This document shows, piece after piece, positions 35,814-48,241 of a DNA stretch of 49,443 bases. The notes under the pieces are model-generated. The model saw only the letters and a list, made by a program, of their open reading frames with translations, was not told where the DNA came from and did not search any database. The translations under genes were made by a program, and so were the position numbers. This stretch comes from a bacterium (lineage in GTDB: Bacteria; Patescibacteriota; Minisyncoccia; Moranbacterales; UBA2206), in contig JAKQLJ010000017.1 of the NCBI GenBank assembly GCA_029567195.1, forward strand, positions 1 to 49,443, in the 5' to 3' direction. Position 1 is the stretch's first letter. Each line of letters opens with the position of its first letter.

Positions 35814-36483
35814 TAATAAAAAAATGGTTAATTTCAGAAATATAAACAAAATAAAAAACAATAAGAAAAAAACAAGAACTGCGCCTGTCGGCAAGCGGGG
35901 ATTTTCACTTGTGGAAATGCTTGTCGCTCTTTTCATTTTTTCCTTGGTAATGATGACGGTTGTTTCTGTCTTTGCCTCTTTCGTTTCCAATAGAAAAAAA
36001 ATAGGAAATGTCCAACGTGATTTGGAAAACGGACGGACAGCCATAGAACTTATGGCTAAAAACATCCGAATGAGTTGCGGAGTAGGCATCGGATACGTTT
36101 CTTCCGGCGAGGAAACGACCGGCAGCGCCCTTTTTATGTATAATAACTCCCAAGGCAAGTGTTTAATTTACCAATTTCAAAACGGAAATTTGAAGAGTTC
36201 ATCGGCTCCTATTGAAGCCCCTCCAGGATCGGAAAATGAGCCTTGTCCATATGATTGCCGGCCGGTAAATGCAGGATATAGTAATTGGAAAACGCTAGTT
36301 TCCTCCAATATTCAAGCCGGAGAGTTCAGGATAGTAAAAACTGATCGCGAACCTGCCAGTGTTGACGGCGATCCACGAGTTGTTGGCAAGGCTACGATAT
36401 TAATGTCTATTGGCGCAGATATGCCGGTCACGCTTCAAACAACCGTGTCTCATCGTGACTATGAAGAATTGGCTCCTAATTAA
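35806..36483 (+). CDS. Minor pilin (PilW-like)
   Basis: RGF-SLVEMLVALFIF. Confidence 0.85.
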   Translation: MINNKKMVNFRNINKIKNNKKKTRTAPVGKRGFSLVEMLVALFIFSLVMMTVVSVFASFVSNRKKIGNVQRDLENGRTAIELMAKNIRMSCGVGIGYVSSGEETTGSALFMYNNSQGKCLIYQFQNGNLKSSSAPIEAPPGSENEPCPYDCRPVNAGYSNWKTLVSSNIQAGEFRIVKTDREPASVDGDPRVVGKATILMSIGADMPVTLQTTVSHRDYEELAPN

Positions 36484-36534
36484 TTTTGGGTTTAATTTAT
36501 CCCTCATCATCAAGGGGAAGGGGGAAACAAAAAA

Positions 36535-37251
36535 ATGAAAAAGCACAAAGCATCCATTCTGGTTGTATCTTTAATAATTTTGGGAGCGATTTTAGTTATT
36601 GCTCTTAGCATCTCTCTGGTCTCGATAAAGGAAAGAAAGGCATCCATCGGAGGCGGAAGAACCAATCTGGCTTACCAAGCGGCGGAAACCGGGGTGGAAA
36701 CGGTTTTGAATTATCTTACCAGTAATTCCTACGAATTAGTCAATAAATTGCCTAATTGCGATACTGAAACTGGAAAAATTTTTGATCCCAGCACTGATAA
36801 GAGATACGAAGTAGTTTTAAAAAATGATGATGGAGACATTGTTCCTTGTAACAGCGATGACACTGTCAAGGTGGGCGATATTACCAGTATCAAATCCACA
36901 GGATTAGTCGATCCTAATAACCGACGGGCGATTGAAGCGGCCGTGGCGGCGGGAAGTTTAAAATGCAGGAGAATTACTAAAGAATCTGAATCTAGCGGAG
37001 GTCTTGTAGCCAGTGCTGTTTGTGATACCGGGGAATTTGTTCTTACCGGTGGAGGACGGTGTGAAACAGGAACCAATTTTTGCGGAAGATCCGGTTCGGG
37101 TGTTGTCGGATCAATGAATTACAGCCGGCCATATAACAACTATCATGAATGGCGCGTTGATTGCAACGCTCAAGATGATACCGGAGAAGCTTGCGCCGAA
37201 GCTTTTGCTGTTTGTTGCCAAAGCAATCCGTTAGCCATCAGTTTTGAATAA
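36535..37251 (+). CDS. PilX-like minor pilin with Cys-rich C-terminal domain
   Basis: KAS-ILVVSLII, AYQAAETGVE, RAIEA. Confidence 0.75.
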   Translation: MKKHKASILVVSLIILGAILVIALSISLVSIKERKASIGGGRTNLAYQAAETGVETVLNYLTSNSYELVNKLPNCDTETGKIFDPSTDKRYEVVLKNDDGDIVPCNSDDTVKVGDITSIKSTGLVDPNNRRAIEAAVAAGSLKCRRITKESESSGGLVASAVCDTGEFVLTGGGRCETGTNFCGRSGSGVVGSMNYSRPYNNYHEWRVDCNAQDDTGEACAEAFAVCCQSNPLAISFE

Positions 37252-37269
37252 TTTTTTAAAAATAAAAAT

Positions 37270-37881
37270 ATGAAAAATAAAAATTACAAAGCATCTGCTT
37301 TGGCTGTGTCCCTTATAATCTTAAGCGTTGTTTTATTCATCGCTCTCAGTATTTCTTTGGTATCCTTAAAAGAAAGAAAGGCTTCTGTCGGATCATCCAA
37401 AAGCGGTATAGCCTTTCAAAATGCCGATTCCGGACTGGAAGTGGTTTTGAATAAGATTATGAATGACAATGATATTGAAAATGTGGGAGATTTATGCGAT
37501 AGCGGAATACTGAAAGGCGATAATTATCAGGCAGAAATAAAAAAAGAAAACGGAGATGTCATCAATTGTTCCGGAGATCGCAATCTTGGCTTGTCGGAAA
37601 TCGCGCTCTTGAAATCAACCGGGTTCAATGAAGACAAAACAGAACAAAGGGCAGTGGAGACTGCTGTGGCGGCCGAAGAAGAAGGAGACGTTATTTTTGA
37701 TGATTGCAAGTGGGTAGAAGGCAAGTCTATGGATAGCGGAGGAGTGAATTGCCGGTTTGATGAATTCGGAGCGGTGCGTGGCAAAGACGGTGAACAATTC
37801 AAGGGGGTAATGGCAGGAATCCAAATGCATGACAAGAACAATAAATTCGACGTCTTTTGTTGCAGGTTGAAAGTGAAATAA
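37270..37881 (+). CDS. PilX-like minor pilin (paralog)
   Basis: KAS-ALAVSLII, AFQNADSGLE, RAVET. Confidence 0.75.
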   Translation: MKNKNYKASALAVSLIILSVVLFIALSISLVSLKERKASVGSSKSGIAFQNADSGLEVVLNKIMNDNDIENVGDLCDSGILKGDNYQAEIKKENGDVINCSGDRNLGLSEIALLKSTGFNEDKTEQRAVETAVAAEEEGDVIFDDCKWVEGKSMDSGGVNCRFDEFGAVRGKDGEQFKGVMAGIQMHDKNNKFDVFCCRLKVK

Positions 37882-37957
37882 CGATAAACCAACTTTTTTA
37901 TATTTGAGCAGTGTTTTTAACATTGCTCTTTTTCTTTATTTTTCCCATTCTCTTTGA

Positions 37958-40149
<2,192 letters not shown>

Positions 40150-40156
40150 GGGGAGC

Positions 40157-40519
40157 ATGGCAGAATATTGCGGATATAAAAAATTGAATGTTTATATAAA
40201 AGCTAATGATTTAGTGATCGGTGTTTATGATATTACAAAAAGGTTTCCCAAAGAGGAGTTGTTCGGGTTGGTTTCTCAAATGAGAAGATGCGCTATATCA
40301 GTGGTAGCAAACATTGCAGAAGGTTATGGAAAAAATACCAAAAAAGATAAGCTAAATTTTTGTTACATTTCCAGGGGATCATTGACTGAAATTGAATATT
40401 ATATAGATCTTAGTTATCAGTTAAAATATATTTCTAAAGATCAATTTTTTAATTTAAAAGGAAAAAGAGACGAAGTGGGAAGGTTGTTGTTTGGATATAT
40501 GAGATCATTAGCTAAATAA
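40157..40519 (+). CDS. Four helix bundle protein (23S rRNA IVP / S23-like family)
   Basis: FPKEELFGLVSQMRRCAISVVANIAEG...ISRGSLTE. Confidence 0.92.
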   Translation: MAEYCGYKKLNVYIKANDLVIGVYDITKRFPKEELFGLVSQMRRCAISVVANIAEGYGKNTKKDKLNFCYISRGSLTEIEYYIDLSYQLKYISKDQFFNLKGKRDEVGRLLFGYMRSLAK

Positions 40520-40542
40520 CCTTGTCGCTTGTCACATATTAC

Positions 40543-40827
40543 ATGTTACTTAGAAATGATGAAGTAAAACACATAGCCGAACTGGCCAGGATCGGGTTGG
40601 ATGAGAAAGAGATCGAGAAATTCTCGACTGATTTGTCATCCATTTTGGATTTTGTCGAGCAGTTAAAAGAGGTGGACATAGATAAGGCGGAAGCAATGGC
40701 GCATATAACCGGGCTGGAAAATATTACGCGAGAAGATAAAAATCGTGATTTTGAAAATGTTTCCGGGATAAAAAAATTATTTCCGGAGGAGAAAGGTGGT
40801 TATGATAAGGTAAAAAGTGTCTTGTAA
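40543..40827 (+). CDS. gatC: Asp/Glu-tRNA amidotransferase subunit C
   Basis: EVKHIAELARI...ILDFVEQL.EVD...N.TRED. Confidence 0.92.
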   Translation: MLLRNDEVKHIAELARIGLDEKEIEKFSTDLSSILDFVEQLKEVDIDKAEAMAHITGLENITREDKNRDFENVSGIKKLFPEEKGGYDKVKSVL

Positions 40828-40943
40828 GTGACAAGGGACAAGTGACAAGGGACAAGGGACAAGGGACAAGTAACAAGGGACAAGTGACAAGGGACAAGCG
40901 GTAGGTTTTATTGCTTGTTACTTGTCACATATAACTTATTACT
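40826..40943. repeat. Heptamer tandem repeat (AAG(T/G)GAC, about 10 units) plus inverse units
   Basis: 40826-40898 tandem; 40914-40928 cttgttacttgtcac is complementary. Confidence 0.85.
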
Positions 40944-40950
40944 AGTGCTT

Positions 40951-42408
40951 ATGATTAGAGAACTGCATGAAAAATTAATAAAAGGAGAAATAACTTCAGT
41001 CGAACTTACTGAAAAGTATTTTGACGCGGTTGAAAAAAAGGATAAAGATCTGAATGCTTATCTGACTCTCACTAAGGATTTAGCGATGGAACAAGCCAAG
41101 AAAGTGGATGAAAAAATTAAAAACGGCGAAAAAATAGAATTACTCGAGGGTATTCCAGGAGCGATTAAAGACGTCCTATGCACAAAAGGAATAAGAACAA
41201 CCGCTGGGTCAAAAATTTTGGACAGCTATATCGCGCCTTTTGATGCGACAGCGATAAAAAAACTCAAAGAAAATGGAGCGGTAATCTTAGGAAAAACCAA
41301 TTTGGATGAATTTGCCATGGGATCTTCCACAGAAAACAGCGCTTATGGACCGACCAAAAATCCGCATGATTTGGAAAGAGTGCCTGGCGGCACTTCCGGC
41401 GGTTCGGCTGCGGCTATCGCCGCCGATATGGCTGCTTGGGCACTTGGATCTGATACAGGAGGTTCATGCAGGCAACCGGCATCGCTTTGCGGAGTGGTCG
41501 GCATGAAACCGACATACGGCCGGGTTTCGAGATATGGTCTCATTGCTGCCGCATCGAGCTTCGACCAGGTCGGCACTTTGACGCATAGCGTGGAAGATGC
41601 GGCTATCGTCCTTTCCGCTATATCTGGACAAGACAGGCATGATGCAACTTCTGCCCACAGCAGTGACAAAAAATTTGAAGATTATTTGGACGGTAAGATA
41701 AAAGGAGTGAAAATAGGAGTGGTAAAAGAATATTTGGAAGGACTTAAGGAGGATGTCAGAAAAGTTATGGAAGCGGTTGTAGAGAAATATAAAAAACTGG
41801 GAGCGGAAATTGTCTATATTGATATGCCATATAACAAATATGCCCTTCCTGCTTATTATATTATCCAGCCTTCGGAAGTCAGCTCGAATCTTGCCAGGTT
41901 TGACGGGGTGAAATACGGCTTACGCGCCGATGATGAGAAAGACAACCAAGCGGAAAATGAATTTGGCCTGCCCAAAACACTTTTGGAAACATATTTGGAT
42001 ACGCGCTGCTACGGGTTGGGAGCAGAAGCAAAAAGAAGAATAATGTTGGGAACCTATGCCTTGTCAGCCGGATATTATGAAGCTTTCTATGTTCGGGCGC
42101 AAAAAGTTCGAACGCTTATCAAAAAAGATTTTGAAAGAGTTTTTCAGGAAGTCGATGTGATATTGACGCCGACCACTACCGCTCCAGCTTTTAAGATTGG
42201 TGAAAAAGCCGATGACCCTTTGCAGATGTATCTCGAAGATATTTTTACAGTTACTGCCAATATTACCGGTGTGCCGGCTATTTCTGTGCCAGCAGGAACG
42301 GTAGAAAGAGAGGGTAAAAAGTTACCGATCGGATTCCAACTTATGGGCAAGTGGTTTGATGAAGAAGGGCTGTTTAGAGCCGCCCATGCTTATGAAATAA
42401 GCCAATAA
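40951..42408 (+). CDS. gatA: Asp/Glu-tRNA amidotransferase subunit A
   Basis: Amidase signature GKTNLDEFAMGSSTENS, GGTSGGS, GSDTGGS.RQPA, RRIMLGTYALSAGYY. Confidence 0.96.
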   Translation: MIRELHEKLIKGEITSVELTEKYFDAVEKKDKDLNAYLTLTKDLAMEQAKKVDEKIKNGEKIELLEGIPGAIKDVLCTKGIRTTAGSKILDSYIAPFDATAIKKLKENGAVILGKTNLDEFAMGSSTENSAYGPTKNPHDLERVPGGTSGGSAAAIAADMAAWALGSDTGGSCRQPASLCGVVGMKPTYGRVSRYGLIAAASSFDQVGTLTHSVEDAAIVLSAISGQDRHDATSAHSSDKKFEDYLDGKIKGVKIGVVKEYLEGLKEDVRKVMEAVVEKYKKLGAEIVYIDMPYNKYALPAYYIIQPSEVSSNLARFDGVKYGLRADDEKDNQAENEFGLPKTLLETYLDTRCYGLGAEAKRRIMLGTYALSAGYYEAFYVRAQKVRTLIKKDFERVFQEVDVILTPTTTAPAFKIGEKADDPLQMYLEDIFTVTANITGVPAISVPAGTVEREGKKLPIGFQLMGKWFDEEGLFRAAHAYEISQ

Positions 42409-42424
42409 ATTTAAAATAAAAAAT

Positions 42425-42967
42425 ATGAATAATCCCGACAATATTATATTAGTCGTGGTGGACGGCCTGATTAATTTTTATAACTCCACCACTTTTGCGG
42501 TTATTAAATTTATTTTGGGGATATACGCGGCTGTTCTTTTTGTGGATATTATACTTCTTCTTATCCAGCGAGGCCTGGGAGGCGACATCAAAGACACGTT
42601 TTTGGGTATGAATTTGCCCAGGGAATTTGTCAGAAAAAGGCCAAAAGATAAATTGAAAATTAAATGGGAAAAAATTAAAAGCAAACTGGATAACGACAAC
42701 AAAGCTGATTTAAAAATGGCGATTATTGAAGCGGATGATTTGATTGATGATTTGATAAAGAAAATGAAATATCCGGGAGATAATTTTGGCGAGAGATTGG
42801 AAAATATCAATCCCGGACAGATTGAAAATATAGAGGATCTCAAAAAATCTCATTTGATGAGAAATAGAATAATTCACGAAGAAAAATTTGAACTTACTAA
42901 AAAAGAAGCGGAAGAAATTCTGGCGTCTTATGAGGAATTTTTGAGAGCTTTTGAGGTGGTGGATTAA
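42425..42967 (+). CDS. Conserved CPR-type hypothetical membrane protein
   Basis: N-terminal TM; W..I....KMAIIEAD...GDNFGERL...H..RNRIIH. Confidence 0.7.
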   Translation: MNNPDNIILVVVDGLINFYNSTTFAVIKFILGIYAAVLFVDIILLLIQRGLGGDIKDTFLGMNLPREFVRKRPKDKLKIKWEKIKSKLDNDNKADLKMAIIEADDLIDDLIKKMKYPGDNFGERLENINPGQIENIEDLKKSHLMRNRIIHEEKFELTKKEAEEILASYEEFLRAFEVVD

Positions 42968-42991
42968 ACAAGAGGACTTTAATTTTTTGTT

Positions 42992-43127
42992 CGTCATTCT
43001 GAGTTCCGATTAGAAATCGGAAAGAAGAATCTGCCCAAAGTCAGGAAATTTTTACCCATAGATCAGCAGGCTTACAGGTTAAAATTGGCAGATCCTTCCC
43101 TCTCATAAATTCGAGCTCAGGATGACG
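42992..43127. mobile_element. REPIN/MITE-like palindromic element
   Basis: Terminal CGTCATTCTGAG/CTCAGGATGACG; inner GAAGAATCTGCC/GGCAGATCCTTC. Confidence 0.75.
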
Positions 43128-43206
43128 GCTATGATCGGTTTTTGTATAAATTACTATTGAAGACTTGTGGAAAAACTCAATGCGTTATTTATGAAGCCAG
43201 TGAAAG

Positions 43207-43235
43207 TTGACATAGGACCAGTCAAGCGCTAAAAT
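43207..43235 (+). promoter_or_regulatory. Sigma-70 promoter of the tRNA cluster
   Basis: TTGACA-17 bp-TAAAAT. Confidence 0.7.
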
Positions 43236-43261
43236 AAGGGATAGTTTTTATATATACATAT

Positions 43262-43347
43262 AGTGGGGTGGAGCAGTTCTGCCTAACGGCAGACAAGCTG
43301 TCTGACTCGCGTGGCTCACTTGCCTGCCGATAGGCAGGTAACCACGA
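43262..43347 (+). pseudogene. Interrupted 5' duplicate of initiator tRNA-Met
   Basis: agtggggtggagcagt[20-bp hairpin]ctg..ctcgcgtggctca[20-bp hairpin]taaccacga matches 43590-43634. Confidence 0.85.
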
Positions 43348-43361
43348 ATAAATAAAATATA

Positions 43362-43628
43362 ATGTATAAGATATATGTGTTGTTTTTTAATAAAAACGTT
43401 TATACCAGAATGACATCGGATTTAAGCAGAAGAACCAAAGAGCATCAGAGAGGTAAGGTAAGATCAACAAGAAACAAGGGGAAATTTGTTGCTAAAGTAA
43501 TAGAAGAGTGTGGAGACAGAAAAATAGCCAGGAAAAGAGAGAAATATTGGAAATCAGGTTGCGGGAAAGAAAAATTAAAAAAACTATATAGCGGGGTGGA
43601 GCAGTCTGGTAGCTCGCGTGGCTCATAA
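43362..43628 (+). CDS. GIY-YIG nuclease family protein (degenerate motif; runs into tRNA-fMet)
   Basis: YKIYVL...YTRMTSDLSRR.KEH..G...ST...ARKREKYWKSG.G. Confidence 0.75.
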   Translation: MYKIYVLFFNKNVYTRMTSDLSRRTKEHQRGKVRSTRNKGKFVAKVIEECGDRKIARKREKYWKSGCGKEKLKKLYSGVEQSGSSRGS

Positions 43629-43663
43629 CCACGAGGTCCTGGGTTCAAATCCCAGCCCCGCAA
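43590..43663 (+). tRNA. Initiator tRNA-fMet(CAT)
   Basis: A1/A72 mismatch, GCGGGG/CCCCGC, TGGAGCAG..GGTAGCTCG D-arm, loop CTCATAA. Confidence 0.9.
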
Positions 43664-43725
43664 CATTTTTATAAAATATAAAACATACGGTGTGTTTTTG
43701 TTTCTTTTTGCGTTACATAAAAAAT

Positions 43726-43777
43726 GCCGGCGTAGCTCAGTTTCGGCCATAGGCCGACCAGCCTATGGCTGGGGTTA
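43726..43777 (+). pseudogene. 5' fragment duplicate of the next tRNA with a double-hairpin insertion
   Basis: gccggcgtagctcagtt[tcggccataggccga ccagcctatggctgg]ggtta. Confidence 0.75.
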
Positions 43778-43791
43778 TAAATTTGTATAAT

Positions 43792-43865
43792 GCCGGCGTA
43801 GCTCAGTTGGTTAGAGCGATGGACTCATAAGCCATAGGTCAGAGGTTCAAATCCTCTCGCCGGTA
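43792..43865 (+). tRNA. tRNA with CAT anticodon (elongator Met or Ile2)
   Basis: Acceptor GCCGGCG/CGCCGGT, loop CTCATAA, GGTTCAAAT. Confidence 0.88.
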
Positions 43866-43877
43866 CTAAAATTTTTT

Positions 43878-44164
43878 AGGGGCGTAGCCCCGACGTAAAA
43901 ATTCTCTACCTGTCGGCAGACAGGCTTTGGAATTAACGGGACAAGCAGTTGATTGTGTATGGACTGGTAGCTCAGTTGGTTAGAGCGTCCGCCTGTCACG
44001 CGGAAGGTCGCGAGTTCGAGTCTCGTCCAGTCCGCGATTAACTGCTTGTCCCGTTAGTTGAGCAAAGTGAAACTTTACGGGGTCCATCTTAGCAGGTCGA
44101 GGGTTCCCTGCCCGCCAATGGCTTTGCCGAAGGCGAAGGCAGGCGGGGAGTCCCTTCGCTCCCG
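43878..44164 (+). pseudogene. Shattered tRNA remnant whose two halves surround intact tRNA-Asp
   Basis: GGGGCGTAGC...CAGTTG at left; AGGTCGAGGGTTC[hairpin 44107-44147]GAGTCCCTTCGCTCCC at right; acceptor halves are complementary. Confidence 0.6.
43961..44034 (+). tRNA. tRNA-Asp(GTC)
   Basis: Acceptor GGACTGG/CCAGTCC, TCCGC-CTGTCAC-GCGGA, GTTCGAGT. Confidence 0.95.
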
Positions 44165-44171
44165 CACAAAT

Positions 44172-44199
44172 AAAACAGCCTCAAAAAGGGCTGTTTTTT
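44172..44199 (+). terminator. Terminator of the tRNA cluster
   Basis: AAAACAGCC...GGCTGTTTTTT. Confidence 0.75.
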
Positions 44200-44298
44200 G
44201 ATCAGTAAAATCCTTGCAAAATGATGTCAGAAGAGCTATAATTATGTAGTAATCACGCCAAAAAAGACGGGATTAAAGGACGAAAATAAACAATAAAT

Positions 44299-44670
44299 AT
44301 GACATTGGGAGCTTACATTTGGGGAATGCGCCTCTTAGCTTTTTTATCCCTTTTGGCTTTTGGAGCAGTTCTGATTTATGTTAATCCGGAAGAAACAGGC
44401 GCCGGGGGGAAGGCTATTTTTTATTTAACTCTCGGATTATTTCTGGGCGGTTTTCTAAATATGTTTCTGTTGCTTCTGAGACGAAAAATGATTGGAAATG
44501 ATGTGGCCATAGAAAATGCCGGACTTAGTTTTCGGCAGGGGTTTCTTTTGTCTATTCTTGTTATCGGACTTTTGATTTTGCAAAGCTTCAGAATGCTGGT
44601 CTGGTGGGACGGTCTTTTGGCGGTAGCCGCCGTATTTTTAGTCGAATTATATTTTTTATCAAGAAGTTGA
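44299..44670 (+). CDS. Four-TM hypothetical membrane protein (CPR-type)
   Basis: VNPE, SFRQGFLLS..LQ..R and four hydrophobic helices. Confidence 0.75.
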   Translation: MTLGAYIWGMRLLAFLSLLAFGAVLIYVNPEETGAGGKAIFYLTLGLFLGGFLNMFLLLLRRKMIGNDVAIENAGLSFRQGFLLSILVIGLLILQSFRMLVWWDGLLAVAAVFLVELYFLSRS

Positions 44671-44696
44671 GACGTTAACAAGGTTTAATAGTTTAA

Positions 44697-46748
<2,052 letters not shown>

Positions 46749-46779
46749 AAATAATAAAATCAGATAGTCTTATCATACG

Positions 46780-46805
46780 AAAAACCCCGCTCAAGCGGGG
46801 TTTTT
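46780..46805 (+). terminator. gyrB terminator
   Basis: AAAAACCCCGCT-CA-AGCGGGGTTTTT. Confidence 0.8.
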
Positions 46806-46814
46806 AGCGCTTTC

Positions 46815-47091
46815 TTTATCTATATTTGATATCAAATATAGATAAAAATATATTATGAAAAAAGCTTTAAAAAAATAAATAGATCCAGGAAGGCAAGTAA
46901 GCGGCTCAGCATAAAAAATATGCCTAAGAACACCATTATTGTCTTTATGAATTGAGAAAAATTAGAGTTGATAATAATATAAAAAAATAAATAGCAAACA
47001 GTTGTGGATAACTTATAAATTTTTCTTGTTGACAACCGTTAAAAATGATATAATTTAACCAGAATTTAAGGAGATATTTGATATCAAATAT
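46815..47091. promoter_or_regulatory. Twin operator-like palindromes ATATTTGATATCAAATAT (46815-46846 and 47074-47091) with a DnaA-type box at 47003-47011
   Basis: Perfect 32-bp and 18-bp palindromes with an identical core; TGTGGATAA. Confidence 0.6.
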
Positions 47092-48196
47092 GAGCTTTAA
47101 TGAAGCTAAAAAAGAGACGAAAATAAATGATGAGCTCTTGCCTCTTTCTGAGGCCTCAAAAATATCCGGATACACTCCGGAATATTTAAATTCCCTTTCC
47201 CGAAAAGGGATGCTTAAGGCAAAAAAAATTGGGAGGAATTGGCATACCACTTTTCAGTGGCTGGATGACTATCTTGTATCCATCGGAAAGAAGGATAAGG
47301 CGGAGAAAAGTGGAGAGGTTTTCAGGGCCGATATTTCGGGAGAAAAATCCGTTCAGGAAACAGATCAAAAAGCCGTTTCGGAAATGGTCAATAAGGATAT
47401 TGAAGAAAAGAAATTTTTAACCGACAAGTCGGAAAAACTAAAAATTGCCGGATTGCCAAAAAAAGATAACCAAGGTTTTTTTATGAAAGTAATGGCCGGA
47501 TCATTTTCTGCCCTGGTGGTGGTTCCTCTGATTTTTATTTTCATTTACACAGCCAAAGTTTTCATAGACCAGAGAAATTTTAATTTGGAAAAATTGGCGC
47601 TGGTCAATGACAGTCCAAATGGAATAGTTTTTAACGAAAATACTTTGGATGGAAAAAATGGCAAAGAGGAATATTCGGGAGAAGTCCGGGGGGAAGAAAC
47701 TTCAGAAGCGGACGAGCAAGCAAAAAAATCCGGAATACTTTTGGCGAGTGAAAATTTCAAAGCCAACCAAGTGAGTCTTTCCGGAGCGGTGGTGCTGGCG
47801 GCGGAAGACGACAATCGGCCGCTGGAAATTTCCGACATCAAATCTGAATCATTTGTTTCTGCCAAAAAAGACAATGCCGGAGGTTCAGAGGAAGTGAAGC
47901 TGGTGGTTTCCTGGAAAACAAATAAGCTGGCAATGTCTGAAATTGAATATTCTAAAAATAACGGACAAGATACAAAAAATTTGAAAGAACAATCTTACGG
48001 ATTCAATCACGCCGTGGTTGTTACCAAAATCAATCCCAGAACTTCCTATACTTATTCCATAAAAGTTCGCGACCATTGGGGAAACGAAATCGACTCCGGC
48101 AGATATGGAGTGTTTACCACTTCCAAGCCTACTTCTATTTTTGATGTCATCTCGGAAGAAATAAATGAAATTTTCGGGTGGGCGATAAACAGATAA
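47090..48196 (+). CDS. N-terminal HTH (excisionase/MerR-like) + TM + FN3-like domain protein
   Basis: LSEASKISGYTPEYL..L.RKG.LKAKKIGRNW; one TM; VSWKTNK...HAV....PRTSYTYSIK. Confidence 0.75.
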   Translation: MSFNEAKKETKINDELLPLSEASKISGYTPEYLNSLSRKGMLKAKKIGRNWHTTFQWLDDYLVSIGKKDKAEKSGEVFRADISGEKSVQETDQKAVSEMVNKDIEEKKFLTDKSEKLKIAGLPKKDNQGFFMKVMAGSFSALVVVPLIFIFIYTAKVFIDQRNFNLEKLALVNDSPNGIVFNENTLDGKNGKEEYSGEVRGEETSEADEQAKKSGILLASENFKANQVSLSGAVVLAAEDDNRPLEISDIKSESFVSAKKDNAGGSEEVKLVVSWKTNKLAMSEIEYSKNNGQDTKNLKEQSYGFNHAVVVTKINPRTSYTYSIKVRDHWGNEIDSGRYGVFTTSKPTSIFDVISEEINEIFGWAINR

Positions 48197-48241
48197 AAAA
48201 GTTTTCATAAACCAACAAGGAAAAAAACAAAATCAAAAACC

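Noticed and set aside
35301-35900. GCCGGCAAG / CCTGTCGGCAAG in two minor-pilin leader peptides as mini-element insertions
   Set aside because: Too short and degenerate to separate from ordinary coding sequence.
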